A stretch of 54,712 nt of DNA, from IMG/VR virus record IMGVR_UViG_3300045988_057894, positions 1-54,712 of that record. One strand, given 5' to 3'. Shown here piece by piece: positions 1-8,170 of this stretch. The first letter of the stretch is position 1. Each line of letters opens with the position of its first letter. This DNA is from a virus. A model generated the notes under the pieces. That model worked only from the letters and a program-made list of their open reading frames with translations. It ran no database searches and was not told the DNA's origin. The translations under genes were made by a program, and so were the position numbers.

Positions 1-119
1 AACAGTGCGTCAGATGCGAAAGGCATCGCATTGGTGGGGTCGTTCGTCCAATAGGCGGCAATCGCAGCCGGGGCAAAGACTTCCTTAAGATTCAGTGCCA
101 TGTTGTTTTACCTCTTATT
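1..119. repeat. Terminal direct repeat identical to 54594-54712 (overlap of a circular assembly)
   Basis: Both copies read aacagtgcgtcagatgcgaaagg...gttttacctcttatt. Bases 1-101 duplicate the 5' end of the capsid gene on the minus strand. Confidence 0.9.
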
Positions 120-462
120 AAGCGTTCACGCTGATGTTGTTACGGCAGAAGATGCCAGGGATGGCGGTCTTGAGTGCAGTAATCGCATCAGAATCATAGG
201 TAAAGCCGGAGCTTGCAGCGGCCTTCTTGGTGTCGATAACGCCACAAATCAGCAGGGAAGCGTTGGGATTCTCTGCCGGGTAAACGTCATACAGCAGAAT
301 GCCGTCTGCGGTGGCAGAGGTTGCTTTCTTGCCAGCCAGTGTCATGGGATAGCCAGCCTTAACCGTAGCAGTTTCGGTCACGGTAAAAGGGATGGCGGTG
401 TAGTCATTGGAAGCAAGGATGGTATCGTTGATTCCGTTGACCGTGTTTCGGGTAAACTTCAT
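118..462 (-). CDS. Head decoration protein-like (114 aa)
   Basis: AAGGAGG 5 nt before the ATG at 462. Small Ala/Thr/Gly-rich protein between scaffold and major capsid genes, the usual decoration-protein slot. Confidence 0.55.
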   Translation of the reverse strand: MKFTRNTVNGINDTILASNDYTAIPFTVTETATVKAGYPMTLAGKKATSATADGILLYDVYPAENPNASLLICGVIDTKKAAASSGFTYDSDAITALKTAIPGIFCRNNISVNA

Positions 463-475
463 GTTTTCCTCCTTG

Positions 476-1057
476 TTAATGGAAAGCACTCATTGCGTCA
501 CTCGATGCCTTAGAAGTATTTGCGTTCTGCTGTGCAAGGCTCTTAGCAAAAGCTACGCCCTCACTGTCAGAGCTATCCTTCCCATTCGCACCCGGAGGTG
601 TAGGCATATCCTTCAGCAGAGAAGCCTTGTAAGCGGTGTCGTGGGCGGTCATAAACTCCGACTGGAACTTAAATACCTTGTCTATTTCACCGTCAGCCAG
701 TGCAGATGCAGCTTTGCCAGCCAGTTCAGCGTCATAACCCTGTGCAACAAACTTTTCACGGTAAGATGCAAGGGTCTTTTCCTTGACGAGGTTTTCCTTG
801 TCGGCAGTCAGGGCTTCAATCTGTTTCTGCATCTCTGCCAGCTTGTCAGCCTGTTCCTGTGCAGCGTTCTCGTCATCGGTGCGCTTTGCCTTGAGCTGCT
901 TCTTGTACTCGGCAGCTTCGCCGTTAGCTTTCGTCACGGCGTTGCGCAGCTTCTCAACCTCTGCGCTAGGGTCTGCAACCTTTTCAAGCGCAGAAATGAT
1001 TTCATCGGCGGTCATGCCCTCTTTGTAAGCATCACCAAGCAACACATTGAGTTTCAT
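476..1057 (-). CDS. Capsid scaffolding protein
   Basis: GGAGGA RBS before the ATG at 1057. Acidic, coiled-coil-rich sequence (EKLRNAVTKANGEAAEYKKQLKAK...) located between portal and capsid. Confidence 0.65.
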   Translation of the reverse strand: MKLNVLLGDAYKEGMTADEIISALEKVADPSAEVEKLRNAVTKANGEAAEYKKQLKAKRTDDENAAQEQADKLAEMQKQIEALTADKENLVKEKTLASYREKFVAQGYDAELAGKAASALADGEIDKVFKFQSEFMTAHDTAYKASLLKDMPTPPGANGKDSSDSEGVAFAKSLAQQNANTSKASSDAMSAFH

Positions 1058-1168
1058 ATCGTTAATTTCCTCCTGCGTTTTTTTACCGTTGCTTCCCTGC
1101 AACGCTGCGAAATTTGTATCCCGGCTTCCCTGCCGGAATATATCAGCCCGAAAATTCGGGGTGATTCT

Positions 1169-1399
1169 TTATTCCTTTAGATAAATTCTTTTGTACGGTT
1201 CAATGCCACTATCCAAAATGGATTTTTCACGCGCCGAATTTCGGTCAGGGTGCGTCCATTTGAATTTTCCACATTTCGTGCAAATATACTCGCACTCCAT
1301 TTCGCGAGGTTCGTTTCCGTTGATACCGTGCGTCCAATGCCAACGAGAAAGCGTATAGTCATGTTTGCAAAACAACTGTTTCCAAAAATCACGCATCAT
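1169..1399 (-). CDS. Small Cys/His-rich hypothetical protein
   Basis: ORF overlapping the portal stop. GGAG lies 6 nt before the ATG at 1399. Contains CKHD...CEYICTKCG. Start choice is uncertain. Confidence 0.4.
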   Translation of the reverse strand: MMRDFWKQLFCKHDYTLSRWHWTHGINGNEPREMECEYICTKCGKFKWTHPDRNSAREKSILDSGIEPYKRIYLKE

Positions 1400-2903
1400 C
1401 TTTTTCTCCATCCGCATTGTTTGGCTGTTTATCAACCGAGTTCTCGGCATTCGTGTCGGGAACACCCTGTTTAGGTTGTTCCTGCGGTTTCGGTGCCTTC
1501 CCATCCTCGCCCAGCTTGCCAGCGGCAATCAGGAAGGGCTTGCTCATTTCGTAAGCAGCCTGCGGGTCAGGGAACAGACCGGGCGTAGTGAACGCCAACT
1601 GCGGGTCAATCGGCTGCTGAATCATCTGCGCAAAAATCTGAACCTTGCTCTGCTGGTTGTCGTACTGACGGCGTGGCAGCTTGATGTTGATGTCACTTGC
1701 CATCAGCTTAGAACCAGCCGTATCGCGCAGGATTTTCAGCATTACGGACAGGCTCTGACGTTCAGCATACTTGAACATATTCTCGTACTGCTGCGCCCTT
1801 GCTTCGGTGTGGTTCCAGCCGTTACGAACGATAACTGCGCCCACGTTGTCGGACGTTGCGTTCTCACTGCCAGTGGCACTAGGCATGGCAGTCAGACTGC
1901 GGTATACATTCAACATGGAATCAAGCAGCGTCTGGCTCTGCTGCTGGTCAAGCTCGTTTGCAAGCTGCGCGACCGAAGCTGGCTGACCGGAAGATGACTT
2001 CAGGCACATTGCACCCATAGCCTTAACAGCTTTTAAGGCTTCTTCATCCACAAGGCAATTGGTAAACACCATGATGGACTGGATGAACTGTGCCACACCG
2101 TCCAAACGGTTGCTTTCAAGGTCGTTGATGGCATCCAACACAGGAATAGCAGGCTCAAACAGACCCATCCGCTCCGGGTTCAACTTGTATTCGACCATCG
2201 GTAGCATTCCGAGAGAATGGCTCTCCATTTTCGTAACCTTGCCGTTGTCGATTTCAAAGTACTGGTTCGGCGTATACACACAAATCAGGTCGTTCAGGTC
2301 ATTCTGATAATTGCGTGGAATGTGCAGCACGTTGGCGATGGGCTTGTGCCCGATACCAGAGTTGTAAATCACATACGCCATATCCGGGTCTGGAACGTCC
2401 ACCAGCAGGGGCGTTTCATCTGGGTAGTTGCCGTTGTACCCCTTGTCAGGGAGAACAATGCGGTATCCCTGTCCGCACTCCAACATCCACTGCCAGAGCC
2501 ACCGATCAAGCGCATCCTTGCCCTCGTACTGCAAGGCGTTGGATAGGCGGGCGATTTCCTCACCGTCACCTGTTGCTGTTTCAGACCGCACATAAGAGCA
2601 AGGAGTGCCGCTCATGTAGCCTGTGTAAAAGCCCACGCACTCATTGGCGTGGTTTTCTACAATGCGGTTAGTGATTTCAGCGTGGTACTCTTTCGTGCGA
2701 TGGAGGACGGGCTGACTACCCAAGTAGTAGTTGTGTAGAAAGCGAATCTCGTTCTTGTTCAGCAGATGAATAGGCTCTGCCTTGCCCATGACCACTTTCA
2801 GAATGTTCGTCCGATTGATTTCCGTCTCCGGCGTTTCAATCGGTCTGCGTCCGGTCAGTGGCTCATTTAAAAAGCCGCCAACAACCATCTGATACTCAGC
2901 CAT
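1389..2903 (-). CDS. Portal protein (SPP1 gp6-like by motif recollection)
   Basis: 504 aa with AAGGAGG before the ATG at 2903. Size and position between terminase and scaffold fit. N-terminal FLHNYYLG...HRTKEY region resembles gp6-type portals. Confidence 0.85.
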   Translation of the reverse strand: MAEYQMVVGGFLNEPLTGRRPIETPETEINRTNILKVVMGKAEPIHLLNKNEIRFLHNYYLGSQPVLHRTKEYHAEITNRIVENHANECVGFYTGYMSGTPCSYVRSETATGDGEEIARLSNALQYEGKDALDRWLWQWMLECGQGYRIVLPDKGYNGNYPDETPLLVDVPDPDMAYVIYNSGIGHKPIANVLHIPRNYQNDLNDLICVYTPNQYFEIDNGKVTKMESHSLGMLPMVEYKLNPERMGLFEPAIPVLDAINDLESNRLDGVAQFIQSIMVFTNCLVDEEALKAVKAMGAMCLKSSSGQPASVAQLANELDQQQSQTLLDSMLNVYRSLTAMPSATGSENATSDNVGAVIVRNGWNHTEARAQQYENMFKYAERQSLSVMLKILRDTAGSKLMASDINIKLPRRQYDNQQSKVQIFAQMIQQPIDPQLAFTTPGLFPDPQAAYEMSKPFLIAAGKLGEDGKAPKPQEQPKQGVPDTNAENSVDKQPNNADGEKDDA

Positions 2904-2920
2904 GCGTTCCTCCTTTCTGA

Positions 2921-2972
2921 CAAAATAAAAAGCGCAGCAAGACAAACCTGTTAAGGTCTATCTCACTGCGCT
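2921..2972 (-). terminator. Rho-independent terminator just upstream of the portal gene
   Basis: Minus strand AGCGCAG...CTGCGCT stem followed by TTTTTATTTT. It closes the tRNA / small-ORF transcription unit. Confidence 0.5.
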
Positions 2973-2995
2973 TACAACTGCGCTTCAAAAGCTAT

Positions 2996-3184
2996 TCAGT
3001 TCTTGAACTTCGGTACGGAGACCCATGTATCTTTTGGAAGGTTGGAATCTCCAATTGTAATCCAATGGCAAAGAGGGCACAGAAGAGAGAACTTACCTTC
3101 CACTTCGCCAAGATAACGTCCGCAATCACACGGATTGCCGTTTGCGTCTTTCCGAGGACGCTTGCATCGTACTTTTGCTACCAT
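2996..3184 (-). CDS. Small zinc-ribbon-like hypothetical protein (62 aa)
   Basis: GAAAGGAG RBS. Two Cys pairs (CDCG, CPLC). Confidence 0.45.
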   Translation of the reverse strand: MVAKVRCKRPRKDANGNPCDCGRYLGEVEGKFSLLCPLCHWITIGDSNLPKDTWVSVPKFKN

Positions 3185-3352
3185 CTGTGCTCCTTTCGTT
3201 GGATTTCTGGAAACAGGCTGTTTGGCACAGACCCGTCAGAAGCCACCGGGAAACTATTCGCACTTCCGGTCGTGCTATTCTCCGCCCGGAGAAAGCCATT
3301 GCAGCCTTTACATTCAGTTGTCGGACAGACGTAAACGGGTCGGATGCAATTT

Positions 3353-3430
3353 TGGTGCTACATAATGGATTTGAACCAATGTATGCTCGGATATGAGCCG
3401 AGTGCTCTAACCATACTAAGCTAATGTAGC
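3353..3430 (-). tRNA. tRNA with CAT anticodon (elongator Met or Ile2-lysidine type), CCA encoded
   Basis: Hand-folded cloverleaf. Acceptor GCTACAT/ATGTAGC, D arm GCTT..GAGC, anticodon arm CTCGG-CTCATAT-CCGAG, T loop TTCAAAT (one T:T mismatch in the T stem), then ACCA. Confidence 0.8.
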
Positions 3431-3557
3431 ATAAAAACCCGGCTTGATTGGTTAACCGCCGCTCTTTGCAATGTCATGTCTAAACATCACATTGAGAGCC
3501 GGGAATAGCGGTGGAGGTTTTGGAGAATAAGTCCATGCAAAGCTAGGTAGTTGGTTG

Positions 3558-3639
3558 TGCTGCGTAACGGAATCGAACCGTTGCTTGCCAGCCATGGGGG
3601 GAGACAGGCTGGCATTCCCCAAACAATTGGAAACGCAAC
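3558..3639 (-). ncRNA. Aberrant tRNA-like element
   Basis: Acceptor GTTGCGT/ACGCAGC and a canonical T arm AACGG-TTCGATT-CCGTT. The anticodon position holds a 7-bp stem (GCCAGCC/GGCTGGC) with a 13-nt loop TGTCTCCCCCCAT. D arm is TTCCAA-TTGT-TTGGGG. Confidence 0.4.
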
Positions 3640-3783
3640 ATATAAAGTCCGGTGAAGGTGAAAGAGTGAGAAAACCTCCACCGGCGAAAGGAGGAATATG
3701 CTTGTTGACACGCACGCGAGTAAAATGACAAACCCCGCGTGCAAGCTATTCCTTTAAGGGAAGCCACAAAACTTCCTGCGTAC

Positions 3784-3813
3784 ATTATAAGCCTTGTCAA
3801 GTGGTAAAATCAA
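3784..3813 (-). promoter_or_regulatory. Sigma-70-type promoter facing the ORF-free region and tRNAs
   Basis: Minus strand TTGATT, 18-nt spacer, TATAAT, located just downstream of the terminase stop. Confidence 0.5.
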
Positions 3814-3852
3814 ATAAATAGACCCAGCGAACACAATATATTGTGTTTTTCA

Positions 3853-5520
3853 TCAAAATGGCCTCTTGACAGGCTCAATTTTACTGATTCCGTTATATAA
3901 TTCATCGGCAAGCTGTGCCAGACTATCCGGTGCATCATCGTGCGGAACTTTGCCAAGCTGCGTGAACATCGTCACCTGTTCCATGAACGCCTTGTACTCT
4001 TTCGACTGGTGCTTTTCATCAAGGAAATAGAACCGTTTGATGTCCGGCGCATACTGGATGATTCTTGACAGCTTGCTTTGACCACTTGGCGCACGCTGGC
4101 TACGAACAGAGCAGTGATAGCCCTGCTGCCGGAGCTGGCTGTCCACTACGTCACAATATTCATCACCGCCGTTGTTGGCTTCGCCACGCATCACGTTGAT
4201 TTTGTGCTGGATAATTTTGCCCACAACTTCCGGTCTGGTCACAGTCTTGTCTCCGTTATTGAACACAAGGTCAGGAATGAACACGGCATCTCCGTACACA
4301 TAAGCGATAGGACAGGCGGTGAAGTCACCGCCACCCCATGCAATATCCATGACCATGAGCTTGCGATCGGGCTCTCCATCCGGAAGAATGCCGTTGTAAT
4401 ACCGTAATTCATCGGCAGGGAACAGCAGACCTTCACGCACATAAGGCTTGCCCATGTACTTTGCCCACCATGTTGCATCGTCAATACTGGCTTTCATATC
4501 GGCATAGTAGGCATCGTCAAAGCCAACGCCATAGTCATAATTGAAGTTGCTGTGTCCGTTCTCGTCTACCGCAGGAATCACACGGAATCTGTACTTTGGG
4601 TTGTCCGCATACTGGTTCTGAATGCGTCCCAGAGGGTCAAGCACGTTCCAGCGCGTACCGACCATCAGCTCTAATGCGCCTTGCTTTTTACGGTCTTTCA
4701 GCTGGTTCAGATAGGCATCGTACTTGTTATTCAGACGCTCAACGTTCAGGCTTTCCTCCAAGTCCTCAATTAGGTCATCGCTGTACAGAACGCCGCCCTC
4801 GCCAATTTCAACAGCACCAGTTAGCGTACCGCCGATGGAACGACAGGTCAGGGTTGGGAAGCGCTTCTTTCGGTTCAGGTCAACGCTTTCGTCCTTTGCG
4901 CTCTTATCCACAAGCTGAACGTCAGGAAAGATTTTGCCCCAGTTGTAGGTTACAGGGTCGGTGATGATGGACAGCACTTCACCATAGAAGCCGTTTGTCA
5001 GCTTGTCGGAATGTCCGCTCATAACCGATGCAACATCAGGGCGGTTGCCCATTAACCATGTGATAAAAAATATACAGAGCGTACTTTTTCCAGTTCTCGG
5101 GGGCTGACTGACCCCCAGAAATTCTACACGATGGAAAAACAAGTCCTCTAGGTCACGAACCAGCGTCAAAAGCACCTTGCGTCTCGGCTGATAGAACTTC
5201 TTCTCCGGCGCACGATTCCATTCAAGGTAAATGCAATAGCTGTCGAACACATCTTTTGCTTCAAACAGGTACGTCCGGCTGATAATATCATAGACCTTCG
5301 CCACGTCCTCGCCTGTTTTCATCTTGCCCATCATGGTTGCACAGACGGAGCGCAGCTCACCAGAGTATTTGTAGGCATCGAACCGTTTGTCCTGCGGCAG
5401 AGCGTCTTTCAGGTTCACCACCGCCTGAAACCAGTCCTCATAGACCTGTGCTTCGGTCGGATTCTGCTTTGCATACGCTTTGATGCTATCAATGATGGCG
5501 ATACACTGCTTTGGCTGCAT
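3853..5520 (-). CDS. terL: Terminase large subunit
   Basis: 555 aa. Walker-A-like PPRTGKST, a C-terminal nuclease-like block (MDIAWGGGDFTACPIAYVYG), and the portal gene downstream. Confidence 0.88.
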   Translation of the reverse strand: MQPKQCIAIIDSIKAYAKQNPTEAQVYEDWFQAVVNLKDALPQDKRFDAYKYSGELRSVCATMMGKMKTGEDVAKVYDIISRTYLFEAKDVFDSYCIYLEWNRAPEKKFYQPRRKVLLTLVRDLEDLFFHRVEFLGVSQPPRTGKSTLCIFFITWLMGNRPDVASVMSGHSDKLTNGFYGEVLSIITDPVTYNWGKIFPDVQLVDKSAKDESVDLNRKKRFPTLTCRSIGGTLTGAVEIGEGGVLYSDDLIEDLEESLNVERLNNKYDAYLNQLKDRKKQGALELMVGTRWNVLDPLGRIQNQYADNPKYRFRVIPAVDENGHSNFNYDYGVGFDDAYYADMKASIDDATWWAKYMGKPYVREGLLFPADELRYYNGILPDGEPDRKLMVMDIAWGGGDFTACPIAYVYGDAVFIPDLVFNNGDKTVTRPEVVGKIIQHKINVMRGEANNGGDEYCDVVDSQLRQQGYHCSVRSQRAPSGQSKLSRIIQYAPDIKRFYFLDEKHQSKEYKAFMEQVTMFTQLGKVPHDDAPDSLAQLADELYNGISKIEPVKRPF

Positions 5521-5562
5521 AAAAAATAGGCACCCCCTACCTGAAAATGTAAAGAGTGCCTA
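5521..5562 (-). terminator. Rho-independent terminator after the recombinase gene, abutting the terL ATG
   Basis: Minus strand TAGGCAC...GTGCCTA stem then TTTTTT, followed immediately by ATG (5520). Confidence 0.55.
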
Positions 5563-5612
5563 CAACTGCACAAAAATCAAATATTCAGTTTTATTTTAGG
5601 TTTCGAACAATT

Positions 5613-6188
5613 TCACCTGTTCTGTTCAGCAATCCGATACCATGTCTGGCGGGTCACGCCAAGCTGTTTGGCAGCGTCCGTGACCGTGAGAATGCGCTTC
5701 TCCACCTGCTCATGGAGAACGTCAAAGAGATTACGGTCATACTCGGTGGGCTTGCGGCCTTCCCTGTAATCGGGGCGCTGACTAGCAATCTTCTTGCCCT
5801 CTCTGGTGCGTTCAACAATCATATCACGCTCAAACTGGGCAAACACAAGGAACATACCTCTCATAGCCCTACTAGCAGGGGTGTTGTCCATAACACCAAG
5901 ATTCAGCACGTTCACCCGGATTCCTTTTTCAATCCATGAATCAATCAGTTCATACCCACCGACAAGGCTTCTGGCAACACGATCTAGCTTTGTCACAACG
6001 ATTGTATCACCGCTCTGGACTTCCGCTTCTAGCTTGTCCAGTTCCTTGCGTTCCATTTTAGTTCCAGTATATACCTCTTTGAAAATCTTAGTTGCGCCAG
6101 CAGCCTTAAGGGCTTCTTCCTGCGATTCAAGGCTGTTGCCGTCAATCGCCTGACCGGCGGAACTGACACGAGCGTAACCGTAAATCAT
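5613..6188 (-). CDS. Small serine recombinase (resolvase/invertase type)
   Basis: 191 aa. N-terminal YARVSS catalytic-serine motif and a C-terminal HTH ([10 protein letters not shown]). Too short to be a large serine integrase. Confidence 0.88.
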   Translation of the reverse strand: MIYGYARVSSAGQAIDGNSLESQEEALKAAGATKIFKEVYTGTKMERKELDKLEAEVQSGDTIVVTKLDRVARSLVGGYELIDSWIEKGIRVNVLNLGVMDNTPASRAMRGMFLVFAQFERDMIVERTREGKKIASQRPDYREGRKPTEYDRNLFDVLHEQVEKRILTVTDAAKQLGVTRQTWYRIAEQNR

Positions 6189-6204
6189 TCAGGTTCACCG
6201 TCCT

Positions 6205-6432
6205 TCACTCTATGTCGATGCCCTCGCAATTTTTGAACTGCGCATCACGAGGAACAACTACAATTTTATATCCCATCATATTCAGCATTTCGTTTAGCTT
6301 ATTAACGCTAATATTTTTTTGAGAAAGACGTTCGCTTAAAGTTGGCTGTTTAATTTTAAGCCTGCTGCAAAGCTCCGCTTGTTTTATGTCCTCTTTTCTC
6401 ATAACCTCTTTTACTGCTTCTCCTGCTTTCAT
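6205..6432 (-). CDS. XRE-type HTH protein
   Basis: IKQAELCSRLKIKQPTLSERLSQKNISVNKL helix-turn-helix. Sits 16 nt upstream of the recombinase gene. Confidence 0.65.
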   Translation of the reverse strand: MKAGEAVKEVMRKEDIKQAELCSRLKIKQPTLSERLSQKNISVNKLNEMLNMMGYKIVVVPRDAQFKNCEGIDIE

Positions 6433-6546
6433 TTTTTGCATCCTCTCTTTCTTGATGCTATTATATCAGATGAACCCTATAAAATCAAGACATTTCTGAT
6501 ATTTCCACAATTTCCCAATGAACGCCCTTTATATTATATATAAATA

Positions 6547-6578
6547 TACTCTAGTATGTATTTATACATACTAGAGTA
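6547..6578. promoter_or_regulatory. Perfect 15-bp inverted repeat (operator or recombination-site candidate)
   Basis: tactctagtatgtat tt atacatactagagta, in the AT-rich gap between divergent operons. Confidence 0.45.
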
Positions 6579-6675
6579 GTATAAGGGTGTTTACTTAGTT
6601 AATCACAATCAGGTAGAAAATTTTCTATAATAAGGAGTAATTTTATCAAACTTCATTTCCGTAAAACTTTGGGTC

Positions 6676-6704
6676 TTGACAAGCATATTTTCACGCTTTA
6701 TACT
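6676..6704 (+). promoter_or_regulatory. Promoter of the RHH/antirepressor operon
   Basis: TTGACA, 17-nt spacer, TATACT. Confidence 0.55.
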
Positions 6705-6731
6705 TGTTCCAGCGAAAGCGAGGTGATAGGC

Positions 6732-6911
6732 TTGGCAAGACGAGCAGAAACCTCGGAACGTGATAAGCTGCGCATGATAAGCACCCGGCTCACTGAGAGC
6801 CAGATCGCAAGCATGGAGAGCAGCGCAAAGGCATTGGGTATCTCAAAGGTCGATGTTATCCGCATGGGTATCGAGTGGGTGGCATCCTACGTTGAGAACA
6901 TCAAGGCGTAA
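6732..6911 (+). CDS. Ribbon-helix-helix (CopG/Arc-like) protein
   Basis: TTG start 6 nt after GAGGTG, downstream of the promoter. MISTRLTESQIASMESSAKALGISKVDVIRMGIE fits the RHH pattern. Confidence 0.55.
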   Translation: MARRAETSERDKLRMISTRLTESQIASMESSAKALGISKVDVIRMGIEWVASYVENIKA

Positions 6912-7068
6912 AAAAATAAGCTACCAGCGAGTACTTTGGACGGTCACGCTGATAGCTTATCCACATCACGAAACGAGAACCTGCAACCACCAAGGGGGCA
7001 GTCTCCCTTTTCGGAATCTATTATACCAAAGATGGCCTACTCTTGCAAGATAGAAAGGTCAAATTTAT

Positions 7069-7803
7069 ATGAATAATAATCTCGAAACCATCCGAATCTT
7101 CTCTGAAGATGTTATCCCTGTGTACGACACCGACACTGGTGAAAAGGTTGTGCTGGGTCGGGAACTGCACGAGCGGCTCAAAATCAAGACCGCATACAAA
7201 GATTGGTTCCCTCGTATGTGCGAGTATGGTTTTGTTGACGGAAAAGACTATGGCTCATTTTTGAGCAATAGGTCTGATGGGCTTGCTGGAAAGCCCAGAA
7301 CCGACCATATTATCACTCTGGACATGGCGAAGCACATTGCAATGATTCAGCGGACACCGCGGGGTATGGAGATTCGCCAGAAGCTGATTGACCTTGAAAA
7401 GAACGTATCCGTCAACCAGTTCGCAGGGCTTTCTAAGGAACTGCAAGCAATCCTTGTGATTGACCAGCGCACCATGAAGCAGGAGCAGCGCATTTCCGCT
7501 CTTGAGAACACCATGACCATCGACTACAACCAGCAGCGTGTGTTGAAGCGTGTTGTGAACACGGTAGTTATCAACGCTCTTGGTGGCATGGATAGCCCGG
7601 CCTACAAGAGCCGCAGCGTCTCTCAGAAGCTGTTCATGGAATGCAACCGAGACATTCAGGACTGGTTCAATGTGAACAGCAGAAACAACGTGCCGAAGAA
7701 GCGGTTTGATGAAGCTGTCGAGTACATCAAGAAGTGGAGACCGTGTGCGAACTCTGTTATGTTGGTTCAGGTCACGAACGGCCAGACCCAGATGCCCATG
7801 TGA
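7069..7803 (+). CDS. Phage antirepressor (N-terminal Ant/ORF6N-like domain, C-terminal ORF6C-like domain)
   Basis: IPVYDTDTGEKVVLGRELHERLKIKTAYKDWFPRMCEYGF...DHIITLDMAKHIAM is typical of AntA/KilAC-type antirepressors. Confidence 0.75.
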   Translation: MNNNLETIRIFSEDVIPVYDTDTGEKVVLGRELHERLKIKTAYKDWFPRMCEYGFVDGKDYGSFLSNRSDGLAGKPRTDHIITLDMAKHIAMIQRTPRGMEIRQKLIDLEKNVSVNQFAGLSKELQAILVIDQRTMKQEQRISALENTMTIDYNQQRVLKRVVNTVVINALGGMDSPAYKSRSVSQKLFMECNRDIQDWFNVNSRNNVPKKRFDEAVEYIKKWRPCANSVMLVQVTNGQTQMPM

Positions 7804-7816
7804 AAGGAGAAAAACT

Positions 7817-8107
7817 ATGCTTACTGCAGATAAGATTCAGGATATGGGGGAATACCTCAACTACGCTTTCGAGACCATGCTGAAGCTCTGGCGCACCGTT
7901 GACTACGGCGAATGCGTCCACGAGCCTGTTATCGCTTGTGACGGAAAGGTTGTCGATAGCGGTCAGCTTTCCTTTGAAACGGACGAAAACGGCGAGATCG
8001 AGCCGGTTCTGCTCCGGGACAGCAAGTGCATTATGCGCGATGTGAAGTATTGGATGCCCTTGCCTAATGTTGAGTATCATCCCTATCACGCTGAAATCGT
8101 GAAGTAA
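7817..8107 (+). CDS. DUF551-like hypothetical protein
   Basis: AAAGGAG RBS. C-terminal YWMPLP motif is shared with two other ORFs in this window. Confidence 0.55.
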   Translation: MLTADKIQDMGEYLNYAFETMLKLWRTVDYGECVHEPVIACDGKVVDSGQLSFETDENGEIEPVLLRDSKCIMRDVKYWMPLPNVEYHPYHAEIVK

Positions 8108-8121
8108 ACAGCCTATAAGAA

Positions 8122-8159
8122 AAGCCAGTGGTTAGAGAACATCTAGCCGCTGGCTTTTT
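8122..8159. terminator. Hairpin terminator between convergent genes
   Basis: AGCCAGTGG...CCGCTGGCT stem followed by TTTTT. Confidence 0.6.
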
Positions 8160-8170
8160 ATGTTATGCGA

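Noticed and set aside
3558-3639. Idea that the aberrant tRNA-like element is an amber suppressor explaining the in-frame TAG at 17152-17154
   Set aside because: The 13-nt loop (TGTCTCCCCCCAT) contains no CTA triplet. The interrupted ORF itself terminates at a TAG, and no other conserved gene here needs TAG readthrough.
3452-3800. Three overlapping 85-87-aa minus-strand ORFs in the terL-portal gap
   Set aside because: They are mutually exclusive frames with no SD and odd composition. They run straight through the tRNA-like element and the long-range complementary segments, so the region is treated as non-coding RNA.
3795-3800. TTGACA hexamer as the -35 of the ncRNA promoter
   Set aside because: It lies only 5 nt from the TATAAT. 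The TTGATT 18 nt upstream gives proper spacing.
5613-6188. Serine recombinase as the prophage integrase
   Set aside because: At 191 aa, with only a catalytic domain and a short HTH, it matches resolvase/invertase-type enzymes rather than the 450-aa-plus large serine integrases. Dimer resolution or inversion is more plausible.
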